A stretch of 64,000 nucleotides of DNA from Mustelus asterias. Its lineage: Eukaryota. Positions 51,601 to 63,945 of the stretch are shown here, in pieces. The notes under the pieces were generated by a model. That model made no database searches. It had not been told where the DNA came from and saw nothing but the letters and a program-made list of their open reading frames with translations. The stretch is from NCBI RefSeq assembly GCF_964213995.1, contig NC_135808.1:50158001-50222000 (forward strand), written 5' to 3'. Made by a program: the position numbers and the translations under genes. The stretch's first letter is position 1; the number at the start of each line of letters is the position of its first letter.

Positions 51601-52280
51601 ATATAATAATGGACACACAGTCCCACCTCCTGTACTGACACATCCCACAGTTTTATATAATATATAATAATGAACACACAGTCCCACCTCCTGTACTGAC
51701 ACATCCCACAGTTTTATATAATATATAATAATGGACACACAGCACCTCCTCCTGTACTGACACATCCCACAGTTTTATATCATATATAATAATGGACACA
51801 CAGTCCCACCTCCTGTACTGACACATCCCACAGTTTTATATAATATATAATAATGGACACACAGCACCACCTCCTGTACTGACACATCCCACAGTTTTAT
51901 ATAATATATAATAATGGACACACAGTCCCACCTCCTGTACTGACACATCCCACAGTTTTATATAATATATAATAATGGACACACAGCACCACCTCCTGTA
52001 CTGACACATCCCACAGTTTTATATCATATATAATAATGGACACACAGTCCCACCTCCTGTACTGACACATCCCACAGTTTTATATAATATATAATAATGG
52101 ACACACAGTCCCACCTCCTGTACTGACACATCCCACAGTTTTATATAATATATAATAATGGACACACAGTCCCACCTCCTGTACTGACACATCCCACAGT
52201 TTTATATAATATATAATAATGGACACACAGTCCCACCTCCTGTACTGACACATCCCACAGTTTTATTTAATATATAATAA
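48685..52280 (+). repeat. 61-bp minisatellite, ~59 copies, between V and J RSS
   Basis: Period 61; variants GTCCC/GCACC, ATC/ATA, TGG/TGA. Confidence 0.97.
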
Positions 52281-52457
52281 AGACAAGAAAGGAAACTGGA
52301 CAAATTATTTGCACTGTCCACTACACACTCCAGTCCCTGTGGTGTCCACCGCTCGCTGAAGGCCTCGAGTTTCCCTCTTACTCTCCATGTCCACATATGA
52401 AGAGCAGCTGAAAGATTTATCATCTCAAATTAGAATTCTCAACTCTCCCGACAAAAC

Positions 52458-52587
52458 NNNNNNNNNNNNNNNNNNNNNNNNNNNNNNNNNNNNNNNNNNN
52501 NNNNNNNNNNNNNNNNNNNNNNNNNNNNNNNNNNNNNNNNNNNNNNNNNNNNNNNNNNNNNNNNNNNNNNNNNNNNNNNNNNNNNNN
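52458..52587. other. Assembly gap (130 N) next to (GTGA)n
   Basis: Run of N. Confidence 0.99.
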
Positions 52588-52609
52588 AGTGAGTGAGGCA
52601 GAGAGCAGA

Positions 52610-52648
52610 GGTTTTTGTACAGCTCCTGCACTAGAAGCTGTCAGTGTG
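52610..52648 (+). promoter_or_regulatory. J 23-RSS, cluster 2
   Basis: GGTTTTTGT-23bp-CAGTGTG. Confidence 0.95.
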
Positions 52649-52683
52649 CCTTACGTTCGGTAAAGGAACCAAACTCAGACTGA
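52649..52683 (+). CDS. IGKJ: Ig kappa J segment, cluster 2 (LTFGKGTKLRL)
   Basis: FGKG motif; A|GTAAGT donor; identical to J1. Confidence 0.95.
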
Positions 52684-53529
52684 GTAAGTAAAGCCCAATC
52701 CTCCGTTATTAACCCTTTCAATGCTGAAACTTTCTCAAACACAAATGCTGAATAGTTGAAGGTGTTGGTGAGGAAGCTGCAGTCAATGAAATGGTTGATT
52801 GAAGAACATTGTGTGGAACAGGGAGCCCAGCTGTATTTCTTTCCTTCCATTCCCCCCTTTAAGCAGCAAGATATAAGTAAGCAGCTTTTACCCACCGTGT
52901 GGAGGAGATCTGGACGTTTGCAGACTGTGCTCACATTCCTGCAGCATGGAGTGAAATCACTCTCTAGACTCCTGTCAGTCTCAGTGTGACACACACAGGC
53001 AGAGTTTGATGTGAAGTCGGACTCCCTGTCACACTCTCTGATATAACTGATCACAGCACCAGCACAGTGAGACACCGAGGTGCCACCTCCCCCAGCTTTC
53101 ACTCTGCTCTCTCCACTCCCTGCTTATCTCTTGCTAAAGTTCTGATGACAAACAGCTACAGCAGGGCCCACAATCCAGTGGCTTCAGTGTTCCAGGCTTT
53201 TGGGGAGACTCTCAGTTACTTTCTCTCTGGGACGAGTTCAGTCCAATATTTATCCCGGATCCAATATCACTGAAAATGCTGATTGTTCTCATTGCTGTGT
53301 GTGGGATCTTGCTGCGTACATGTTGTGACCAGTCCTCAGACAAGGTCCCTCATTTGTTAACGTCCTGAACTGGATCCCAATTTTGTTTTGCTCCTGGGTG
53401 AGGAGTAATCAGCTGGATCCCTGACTTTATTCAACCCCGCCCTCGATTGGTCACAACAAGGTTCATTTAAAATGGATCCCTTCACCCGTGGAAACCTTAC
53501 ACAGTCCACGTAGTCCTTTATTAGCCATT

Positions 53530-53860
53530 GAATCTCTACAGTGCAGAAGGAGGCTATTCAGTCCATCGAATCTGTCCCAACTCTCTGAAAGAGCTTCTTA
53601 CCCAGGCTCCCCACCCTCTCCCTGTAACCCTGCGCATTTACCATTGCTAATCCACCTAAAGAACACACTCGGGGCATTTTAGCACGGCCAATCCATCTAA
53701 CCTGTATTGAATTTTGGGAGGAAACTGGAGCGCTCGGAGGAAACCCACACAGACATCAGGTTAACATGCAAACTCTGCACAGGCAGTGACCCGAGGCCTG
53801 AATTGAACCCAGGTCCCTGGCTGTGAGGCGGCCGTGCTAATCACTGTGTCAACATGCCGC
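53530..53860 (-). mobile_element. V-SINE
   Basis: Reverse-complement V-domain and A/B boxes. Confidence 0.75.
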
Positions 53861-53984
53861 CCCTCTTTTAATTTTTTAGAAGGAGTTATTTTAACCAGGT
53901 TTTCTTGAATAAGTTTATTAGTTACTAAATACCTGAGAAAATAATAAACATGTGAAACGCACACACTCTCGCACTGACTAGAAA

Positions 53985-54450
53985 TGAAAAGTATGAGGAG
54001 AGGTTGACTAGGTTAGGATTGTTTTCGCTGGAGTTCAGACGAATGAGGGGGTATCTCATAGAGACTTATAAAATTCTAACGGGATGAGACAGGATAGATA
54101 CAGGAAGGATGTTCCCGATGTTGGAGAGTCCAGAACCAGTTGCAGTCTGAGGATTCAGGCTAGACCATTTAGGATGGAGGTGAGGAGACATTTCTTCACC
54201 CAAAAAGTGGTGAGCCTGTGGAATTCATGACCACAGGAAGCAGTTGATGCCAAAACATTGAATGAATTCAGGAGGCAGCTGGATATAGCACTTGGGGCAA
54301 ATGGGATCAAAGGTTATGGGGAAAAAGCAGGATTAGGCTATTGAGTTGGATGATCAGCCAAGATCGTAATGAATAGTGGAGCAGGCTCAAAGGGCCAAAT
54401 GGCCTCCTCCTGCTCCTATCTTCTATGTTTCTGTGTCTATGTTTCTACGT
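53985..54450 (+). mobile_element. CR1 3' end
   Basis: YEERL...FFTQKVV-like translation; (TCTATGT) tail. Confidence 0.8.
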
Positions 54451-56714
54451 CTTCATAATTCTGTCTTGCTGCAGTTATACAGGGCCTTGGTGAGGCCACA
54501 CTGGGAATATTGTGCACAGTTTTGTTCTCCTTATCCCTGAGGAAGGATGTTATTGCTTTACATGGAGTGCAGACCAGGTTTACCAGACTGATTCCTGCGA
54601 TAGTGGGACTGACCTATGAGGAGAGATTGAATTAGTTAAAGTTTATATTCACTGGAGTTCAGAAGAATGAGGGGGGAACTCAGAGAAACCTATAAAGCTC
54701 TAACAGGTGAGGGGGATTAGTGAGGTAAATACATGGGGTTATGGGGTAAGAGTCGATGCAGACTCGATGGACCGAATGGCCTCCGCCTGCACTTTAGGGA
54801 TTCTATTGTCCATGTCTGTGCCGGCCACCAAGCACCTATCTATTCCAATCCCATTTTCCAGCACTTGGTCCGTTGCCTTGTTTGCTTTGGAATTTATCTA
54901 AATGCATCTTAAATGGTGAGGGTTCCCACCTCCACCACCCTTTCAGGCCGTGAGATCCAGATTCCCAACACCCTCTGGGTGAAAAGATTTCCCTCAAGAC
55001 TCTCAAAATGTGCTGCCTCTATAATGAAGGGAAATGGTTCCTCGTATCTGTCTTGCTGCAGTTATAGTAAGATGTCGATATGCGCGATCTCCTTGGAGAT
55101 TCTCTCCACTTGGAGCCGCAGTTTGCGGTGTCGATGGTAGCCATGATATGGAGATGCCGGCGTTGGACTGGGGTGTCCAATGCCGGCATCTCCACATCAT
55201 TGCTGCAGTTATCCAGGGCCTTGGTGAGGCCACACTGGGAATATTGTTTGCAGTTTTGGTCTCCTTATCTGAGGAAGGATGTTTTTGCAACAGAGGGAGC
55301 ACAGCAAAGGTTTACCAGACTGATTCCTGGGATAATGGACTGATATAGGAGGAGAGATTGTTTTGGTTAAGATCATATTTGCTGCAGTTCAGAAGGATGA
55401 GGGGAATCACATAGAAACCTATAAAATTGTAACAGGACTAGACATGGTAGTTGCAGGAAGGATGTTCCCAATGGTGGGACTGTCCGTGGTGGGTTCCGTG
55501 GTGGGTTCCAGGGGTCACAGTCTGAGGATACGGAGTAAACCTTTTAGGACTGAGGTGAGGAGAAATTCCTTCACCCAGAGAGGGGTAAACCTGTGGAATT
55601 CACTACCACAGAAAGCAGTTGAGGCCAAAATATTGTATGTTTTCAAGAAGGAGTTAGATTTAGCTCTTGGGGTGAATGGGATTAAAGGATTTAGAGGTAA
55701 AGCAGGATCTGGATACTGATTGGATAATCAGCCATGATCATGATGAATAGTGGGGCAGGCGTGAAGGGCTGAGTGGCCTCCTCCATCTCCTATTTTCTGT
55801 GATTCTATGCAGACCAGCATTTTTTACCCATCCCAAATTGTCCCGGTGAAGATGGTGCTGAGGTGGTGGAATAAGTTCTACTCCAATGAGTATCGGCCCA
55901 ACCTGCTCAAGCTTTCCTCATAAGACAATCCATTACTCAGTGGAATCAGCCTCATGAACCTTCTCTGAACTCTTTCCAATGCTACTATATCCTTACTTGG
56001 GAATGGAGACCAAAAGTGTCCACAATATTCCAGGTGTGATCTTCCCAACGTGCTGTACAGCTGGAGTAAGACATCCCTACTTCTATACTCATCCTCACTG
56101 GAATGAAGAACAACATTCCTAATTTCTTGCTGTTCCTGGGTGCAAAGACACACAGATCACTCGATAGAATCTCTCCAGTTTACTAGTATTCTGCTCTATC
56201 CTCTTGCCAAAGTGGACAACCTCACACTTTCCCACATTATACTCCATCAGTCAATGTTTTCCCACTCACTGAACCTATCTCTATCCCTTTTCAGACTCTG
56301 TATTCACCTCACAACTTGCTTTCCTACTAATCATTTTATCATCAGCAAATTTAGCGACAATCCTCTCATTCCCTTCATCCAGCTCATTAATATAGATTGT
56401 AGAGTTAAACCCCAAACAACAACCATCTTCCTATGTGCTGGGTATGACTCCAGCCAGCGGAGAGTTTCCCCCTGAATCCCGCTGACTCCAGTTTTGCTTG
56501 GACTCCTTGATGCCACACTTGGTCAAATCCTGCCTTGATGTCAAGGGCAGTCACTCTCACCTCACCTCTGGAGTTCAGCTCTTTTGTCCATGTTTGAACC
56601 AAGGCTGTAATGAGGTTGGGAGCTGAGTGACCCTGGTGGAACCCAGACTCAGGGTCAATGGGCAGGTTATTGCAGAGAAAGTGCTGTTCGTTATCGCTGC
56701 AGATATATTCAGAT

Positions 56715-57195
56715 CACAAAGAACAAAGAACAATACAGCACAGGAACAGGCCCTTCGGCCCTCCAAGCCCGCGCCGCTCCCTGGTCCAAACTAGACCATT
56801 CTTTTGTATCCCTCCATTCCCACTCCATTCATGTGGCTATCTAGATAAGTCTTAAACGTTCCCAGTGTGTCCGCCTCCACCACCTTGCCCGGCAGCACAT
56901 TCCAGGCCCCCACCACCCTCTGTGTAAAATATGTCCTTCTGATATCCGTGTTAAATCTCCCCCCCCCTCTGCTCACCTTGAACCTATGACCCCTCGTGAA
57001 CGTCACCACCGATCTGGGAAAAAACTTCCCCCGTTCACCCTATCTGTGCCTTTCATAATTTTATACACCTCTATTAGGTCACCCCTCATCCTCCATCTTT
57101 CCAGTGAGAACAACCCCAGTTTACCCAATCTCTCCTCATAACTAAACCCTTCCATACCAGGCAACATCCTGGTAACCCTCCTCTGCACTCTCTCT
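56715..57195 (-). mobile_element. CR1 3' fragment (arm 2 only)
   Basis: LERVQRR...FTQRVVGAWN. Confidence 0.85.
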
Positions 57196-58970
57196 AATGA
57201 TGTGGACAATTCATAACCAGGCAATTTTCCACATTGCCAAGTTGATGCCAGTGTTGTACCTGCACTGGTACCTTTGTGATCTGGATTTGGCAGGACTGCA
57301 GAGCTTTGATCTGATCCATTGTTTGTGGGATGGTTTAGCTCTGTCTGTCACTTGCTGCTTCTGCTGTTTGGCACACAGTCCAGTGTTGTAGCTTCACCAG
57401 GTTAACACCTCATTTTTCAGTATGTCTGCTGTTGCTCCTGCCATGTCCTCCTGCACTCTTCATTGAACTGAAAGCAGCAGAGAATCCACAGAAATGGAAT
57501 GATGCTTCAAATCCCACTCCTGAGACGGTCATGGCAGATGCTATAGAAATGTAATTCTGTCTTTGAGCTTGGGGATTCCTGATCCTTGCCCATTGTCCAC
57601 ACACTCGCAGCCTCCAGGGTTCATGGGGGCATTCGGAACAGTGACCTTTACTGATCCCTGGACACTGGGACTAATTCTAGCCTCACCCTTAAACTCAGCC
57701 CAGTGCTGTGCGGTAAGGTTTGAAATGAAATTTAGAAGCTTCTACACTGACAGCCAATCAGAATGCTGTGTGAACTGTGTTGATCCAAGTCTGCTGCAAT
57801 GTTCTGGGATAAAGTTCTCCTGATCTGTGTGTGATCTGAGGTTTGTTGAAGCTCAACCTGTTTCCCCCAGACAGACTGAACAATAATTCCAGCTTCCTGA
57901 CTGGTTAACAGTCTCTTAAAGGGACACTGTGTCTTTAAATACTCTCACTATTAACCATTTCAGTGCTGAATTTGTAGTCACCTTCATTACAAATGTTTTA
58001 GTCACATTGCAAAATGATTCAACCAGCTTCAAATCAAACCTTTACCCCAGACACTGAACTACTTTGAAATCCAACTTGTCACTTTCCCTCGGACCCCATC
58101 AGCTTTTAATTTTAAACAATGGTACAGCATTATCCGTCCTCCAGTCCTCCCACACCACACCTGTAGCCAGAGAGGATTGGGAAATAATGGTCAGAGTCTC
58201 TGCTTTTTCTTCCCTTGCTTCCCTTCGCATCCTGGGATACATTTCACCCGGGCCTGGGAATTTTTCCACTTTCAAAGATGATAAACACATTAATACCTCC
58301 TCTCTCACTATCATTATCCAATTAATTATTTCACAATCTCTCTCCTCCTGAACTACAATGTCAGCTTTGTCCCTCTCATTTGTGATATCTAATGTAAATT
58401 GTTCGTTCAGAACCATCTCTGTGCCTTCCCCCTCTGCACACAAGTTACCTTGTTGCTCTCTAACCTGCCCTATTCATTCCTTAGTTATCCTCTTTGCAAT
58501 GTCCCACGCTATTGCTTTGTTTGAATGTATTTGTTCTGAACTCTATCTCCAGCTCGAATATCCTCCCACTGCTCTGACACTGATTTACCTTCAAGTCGCT
58601 GTTTCCGGTTCATTTTGCCAAATTCCAGTTGAGTGAAATTGGCCTTTTCCTAATTTAAAACTTTTACACTTGATCGATCTTTCCTCTTTTCCATAACTAC
58701 TCTAAATCGTTAACTTTATGATGATCATTATTACCCAAATGTTCCCCCACTCATACACCTTCCAGCTACCCAGATTTGTTCTCTAAAATTACCCCAAACT
58801 GCCCCTTCTCTTGTTGGGATTGTTCCGTCCTGGTTAAAACAGTTCCCTGGAATAGATTGTCGGAATTGTGCAATGTTGAAACATTGACACTGATTTGATC
58901 CCAGTTTATATTCGGGAAGTTGAAAACCCTGAAAATGACAGTGATTAAAATTCCTTCTCTTCTCTTTCAG

Positions 58971-59299
58971 CCCGTGAGAATTCACAACCCACGCTGACCC
59001 TGCTGCCCCCCTCCCCGGAGGAGGTCAAGACCAAGGGCACTGCCACCCTGGTGTGCCTTGCCGATCACTTCTATCCCGATGAGGTGGAGGTGAAGTGGAA
59101 GAAGGACGGTGCAGCCATTTCCAACGGGATTCAGACCAGCAACTACCTGCGAGCTTCAGACAACACCTACAGCGTCAGCAGCCTGCTGACCCTCTCTGGC
59201 TCCGACTGGGAGTCCAACGCCCGCTTCTCCTGTGCCCTCACCCACGTGAGCCTCTCCTCGCCCCTCAGCAAGAGCGTCAGGAGATCAGAATGTGCCTAG
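58971..59299 (+). CDS. IGKC: Ig kappa constant exon, cluster 2
   Basis: TCTCTTTCAG acceptor; RENSQPTLTLLPPSPEEVKTKGTATLVCLADHFYP...RRSECA*; in phase with the J donor. Confidence 0.95.
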
Positions 59300-59783
59300 A
59301 GTGTTAGAGACAGTCCACAGAGGAGACACAACTTGGAATAGAACAGGGGTGAGCTGGGAGGGCAAAGGTCATTGTCAGCACTGAGTTACAACTCTCTTCC
59401 TTCTCGGGACTGGGCCTCAGTCACTTCTGAGGGTCAGGGATTAAAGCACATTATTGGGGCAGTGTAGAGGGAGCTTTACTCTGTATCTAACCCCATGCTG
59501 TACCTGGCTTGGGACTGTTTGATAGGGACTGTGTAGAGGGAGTTTTACTCTGTTCCTGTCCAAGGACTGTTTGATGGGGACAGTGCAGACTCGTGATAAC
59601 AAGTATAACCTCTGGAAGATGCTGAAGAGTGTCAGCTGTACAATAATAATGTGACCCTGTGAAGTGTCTGCTTCAGTAAACCAGACCTCCTTCCTGCTCA
59701 CCCTGCAGTTACAATTGAAGCTTTAGTCACTGTTTAAAGGGACAGGATTCTCATGTTATTGAGAAAATCTCCACAAGTGTTTT

Positions 59784-59789
59784 AATAAA
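59784..59789 (+). terminator. Polyadenylation signal AATAAA, cluster 2 (second at 59867..59872)
   Basis: Conserved in both clusters. Confidence 0.6.
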
Positions 59790-61059
59790 CCTCCATTCTC
59801 CCTGTGAATTTCTCCAGCTTCCTCTGGCTGGGCTGTTTTTTCTGTCAATGTCAATGTGTAAAAGGTAATAAACGTTAAGAATATTCAGTTTCTGTCTGGT
59901 GAGTGCTTTGGAAATGTCCCACCTCCCCATCAGCTAATTGGCTGCATTTCACCAAGTGATTGTCCTGATTGGCTGCTGGGCCTGTCAATCAATGACACCA
60001 GCAGAAGATTGGATTCAAAGCCAATGATCATTCATTTGAAAATGATCAGTTTGATCTGGAATCTCTTGAGTGACAAGATGGAAAACAGAAAAGAAACTAA
60101 AAGTTGCTGGGATTAAACCATCACAATCACAATTCTCCACCCCATATTCACCACCTCCCTCTTGACCTTAACCATCTCACGTGGTCTCACTGCTCCCATA
60201 GTTTCAATCAGAGATCAGACCATCTCTGATCACTTCCTTGTACCACTCCCCAGCCACATCCTCCTTCCACACCCCCAACCCTACCCCCTTCTGTATCCAT
60301 CCCTGCAAAAACCTATTCCCCAATTCACTTACAACCGCACTTTCCATTTCCCATCTATCTTAAATTTCATTTTACCAGAAGCCAGTTGATTCTCAGACCA
60401 GCTGAGCAGAGAGACAACCCCTTTGTTTCTCCACACCCAACTCTTCCAGCTGTGTCCATTGATCATTGAGCCAATGATCATCACTTGTCTTTATCAATCT
60501 AATTGGATGAACAATATAAATATCAAAGGATGCAATTGCTGGCGCATTGATAAGGGCTGAGTTGGTGAAAATGCCAGTTTGGAAACAGGGAGGGATGGGA
60601 GCACAGTAATCATGTTACAGGACTGTTAATACTGAGGGTTTTTCTGGGAGGTATGGGTTCAAATCCCATTATGGCACTGGGAGGAATTTGAATTCTTTCC
60701 ATTTCAGGATACTGGTGTTGGACAAGGCAATATGCTGTGGTCCTCAAACTGTTGAGAAAGGGTAACATCTTCAGCCCGCTTTCTTTAAAGAGAACACATT
60801 TAAATGAACCAAAACCATCATAAATCCTGCATTGACACAAAGCAAAACATGTCTTTTTCCTTTATAACATCCCAACATAATTAGTAATTTCTAGGAACAG
60901 GCATGTTTATCTGTAAAGCAGTTTGATAATTAGTGACTTGTGTTAAGTCTTTGTATCTTGGAGATCTCCCTTCTCTTGAACATTGTGTTTCTGTGAACGA
61001 AATCTATTCTTGGCCTTTTTCAGCTGCATTATCTTGGAGAGGACATTATCCCACAGAGA

Positions 61060-63117
61060 TCACAGAGTGCTTTTCACAACTCTTTTACTCTTCTTGGATT
61101 CTCAAACCAAAGGGTAACATTTAGTATGCTTTCCCACTAAGAATCTGATGAACCCTGCGCTGCTCAAAAACCGACCCAGAAGATTGGCATGTGAAGCATC
61201 ACTAAATCTTACATAGAAACATGGAAACTAGGAGGAGGAGGGGGCCACTCGGCCCTTCGAGCCTGCTCCACCATTCGTTATGATCATGGCTGATCATCCA
61301 ACTCAACAGCCTTCCCGTGTATCCTTTGATCCTTTGATTCCCTCCAACTCAAATGCTTTATCTAACTGAACAAAGAACAATACAGCACAGGAACAGGCCC
61401 TTCAGCCCACCAAGCCTGCGCCGATCACATTGTCCTATCGAGACCAAGCCCCTGTATCCCTCTATACCCAACCTGTTCATGTTTCTATCTAGGAAAGTCT
61501 TAAATATCGCTAACGTAACTGCCTTAACCATCTCACTTGGCAGTGCATTCCAGGCCACCACCACCCTCTGTGTAAAAATACTTCCCCTGCACATCTCTTC
61601 TGAACCTTTCCCCCCTGACCCTGAACTTGTGCCCCTTGTAATTGTCATTTCTACCCTGGGAAAAAGCTTCCAACTCTTCACCTTATCTATGCCCCTCATT
61701 ATTGTATAAACTTCTATCAGGTCCCCCTCAACCTCCATCTTTCCTGGGAGAACAGTCCCAGTTTATTCAATCTCTCCTCAAAGCTAATGCCCTCCATACC
61801 AGGCAACATACTGGTAAACCTTGTCTGTCCTCCCTCGAAAGCCACCATGAACTTCCAGTAGTGTGGCAACCAGAATTGAACAGAGTATTCCCAATGTGAC
61901 CTAACCAACGTTTTCTATAACTGGAACATAATTTGCCAACTTTTATCCTCGATGCCCCAGCCGATGAAGGCAAGCACGTCATATACTTTCTTCATCAGCT
62001 TTTCCACCTGTGCTGCCACTTTTAAGGATCTGTGTACCTGTACTCCCAGATCTCTCTGTGTGTCTCTGCTCCTGATGGTTCTGCCATTTATTTTATAGCT
62101 CCCACCTGAATTGCATCTACCAAAATGCATCATCTTGCATTTGGCTGGATTAAATTCTACCTGTCAATTCTCCACCCAATTTTCCAGCCTATCTGTGTCC
62201 TGCTGTATTCTCTGACAATCTTCATCGCTATCCGCAACTCCAGCAATCTTAATATCATCTGCAAACTTGTTAATCAGACCAACTATATTTTCTTCCAAGT
62301 CACTTGTATATATTACAAACAATAGAATCCCAGCACTAATCCCTGTTCAAGACCACCAGTTACAGACTGCTTCTTGAAAGCATGCAACGTTTTGGCCTCA
62401 ACTGCTTTCTGTGGTAGCAAATTCCACAGGCTGAGCAGGCTCTGGGTGAAGAAATTTCTCCTCATCTCTGTCCTAAACGCTCCATCCTTAATCCACAGAC
62501 TATAAGCCCTGGTTCTAGACACCATCGGGTATATCCTTCCTGCATCTTACCAATCTCATATCATCTGGTTCACCCAGGGCTGGGAACTTGAGTGTGCATT
62601 TCTCCAACTTTAGTTCCTTCAATGTTTTGTTTGCTCTCAGAGCTTCCCCTCTCTCCTGCCATGCTTCATCATGTACTCTGCTCCAACACCTCACAACTGG
62701 CATCAGGTCTGGTCTGAGTACACAACCAGGTCAACTGTCCAATTAAACTTCTCCAAGGATCCGTTTCTTCCTTGGACACTGGATCCTCTTTTTGTGAGGA
62801 TCTGACCCGATTTATTGGATGGGATTAACATTTCCCAAATGATTGTCGGTTCAATGTCACACCTGACTTCTTTTGCTTCATGTTTTAACCGATGTGTTTA
62901 AAAGCTCCTGAAGCCTGGCTTCCAACCTGGAATTCCTTCTTGATTTCATTGATCATCCATTGATCAAATTCAACAAAACCTCCCCACAGAAAATCACCCA
63001 CATTGATGATAAAGATTCCTGCTGCTCTCTCCTTGTGACACCAATAGAACATCGCAGAGTCAGCTTTCATCTGGAAACAACCCATTTTCAACAGGGCCGA
63101 CCTCAGAGAGAAATACC
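61060..63117 (-). mobile_element. Ty1/Copia RT-RNase H remnant split by CR1 insertions
   Basis: WYFSL...DSAMFYW...NVGDFLWGG...FKHIG; RSLIGQLTWLCTQTRPD; MRLV|RFSDASHANL...KRVVKSTL. Confidence 0.8.
61213..62543. mobile_element. Nested CR1 insertions inside the Copia remnant
   Basis: 7-bp TSD ATCTTAC (61206..61212, 62544..62550); CR1 ORF fragments on the minus strand. Confidence 0.8.
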
Positions 63118-63945
63118 AAGAACAAAGAAATTACATCACAGGACCAGGCCCTTCGGCCCTCCAAGCCCGCACCGACCATGCCGCCCGACTTAACTAAAAC
63201 CCCTCCCCTTCCGGGGATCATATCCCTCTATTCCCATCGCATTCATGTACTTGTCAAGACGCCCCTTAAAAGTCACTACCGTATCCGCTTCCACTACCTC
63301 CCCCGGCAACGGGTTCCAGGCACCCACTACTCTCTGTGTAATAAATCTGCCTCGTACATCTCCTTTAAACCTTGCCCCTCGCACTTTAAACCTATGCCCC
63401 CTAGTAATTTACTCTTTTACCCTGGGAAAAACCTTCTGAATATCAACTCTGTCCATGCCCCTCATAATCTTGTAGACTTCTATCAGGTCTCCCCTCAACC
63501 TCCGTCGCTCCAGTGAGAGCAAACCAAGTTTCTCCAACCTCTCCTCATAGCTAATACCCTCCATATCAGGCAACATCCTGGTAAATCTTTTCTGTACCCT
63601 CTCCAAAGCCTCCACATCCTTCTGGTAGTGTGGTAACCAGATTTGAACACGAAATTCCAAGTGCAGCCTAACTAAGGTTCTATAAAGCTGCAATATGACT
63701 TGCCAATTTTTAAACTCAGTATCCCGGCCGATGAAGGCAAGCATGCCGTATGCCTTCTTGATTACCTTCTCCACCTGCATTGCCACTTTCCGTGACCTGT
63801 GTACCTGTACACCCAGATCCCTTTGCCTATCAATACTCTTAAGGGTTCTGCCATTTACTGTATATTTCCTGCCTGTATTAGACCTTCCAAAATGCATTAC
63901 CTCACATTTGTCCGGATTAAACTCCAACTGCCATCTCATATTCAT
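63118..63945 (-). mobile_element. CR1 3' portion
   Basis: FNPDKCEVMHFG...LERVQKRFTRMLP. Confidence 0.88.

Larger units (their letters stand above)
42220..60460 (+). repeat. Right arm of inverted segmental duplication (Ig kappa cluster 2)
   Basis: Reverse-complement homology with 9712..29015. Confidence 0.85.

Noticed and set aside
48685-52280. CRISPR-like array
   Set aside because: Head-to-tail near-identical units with no unique spacers; eukaryotic context and no cas genes.
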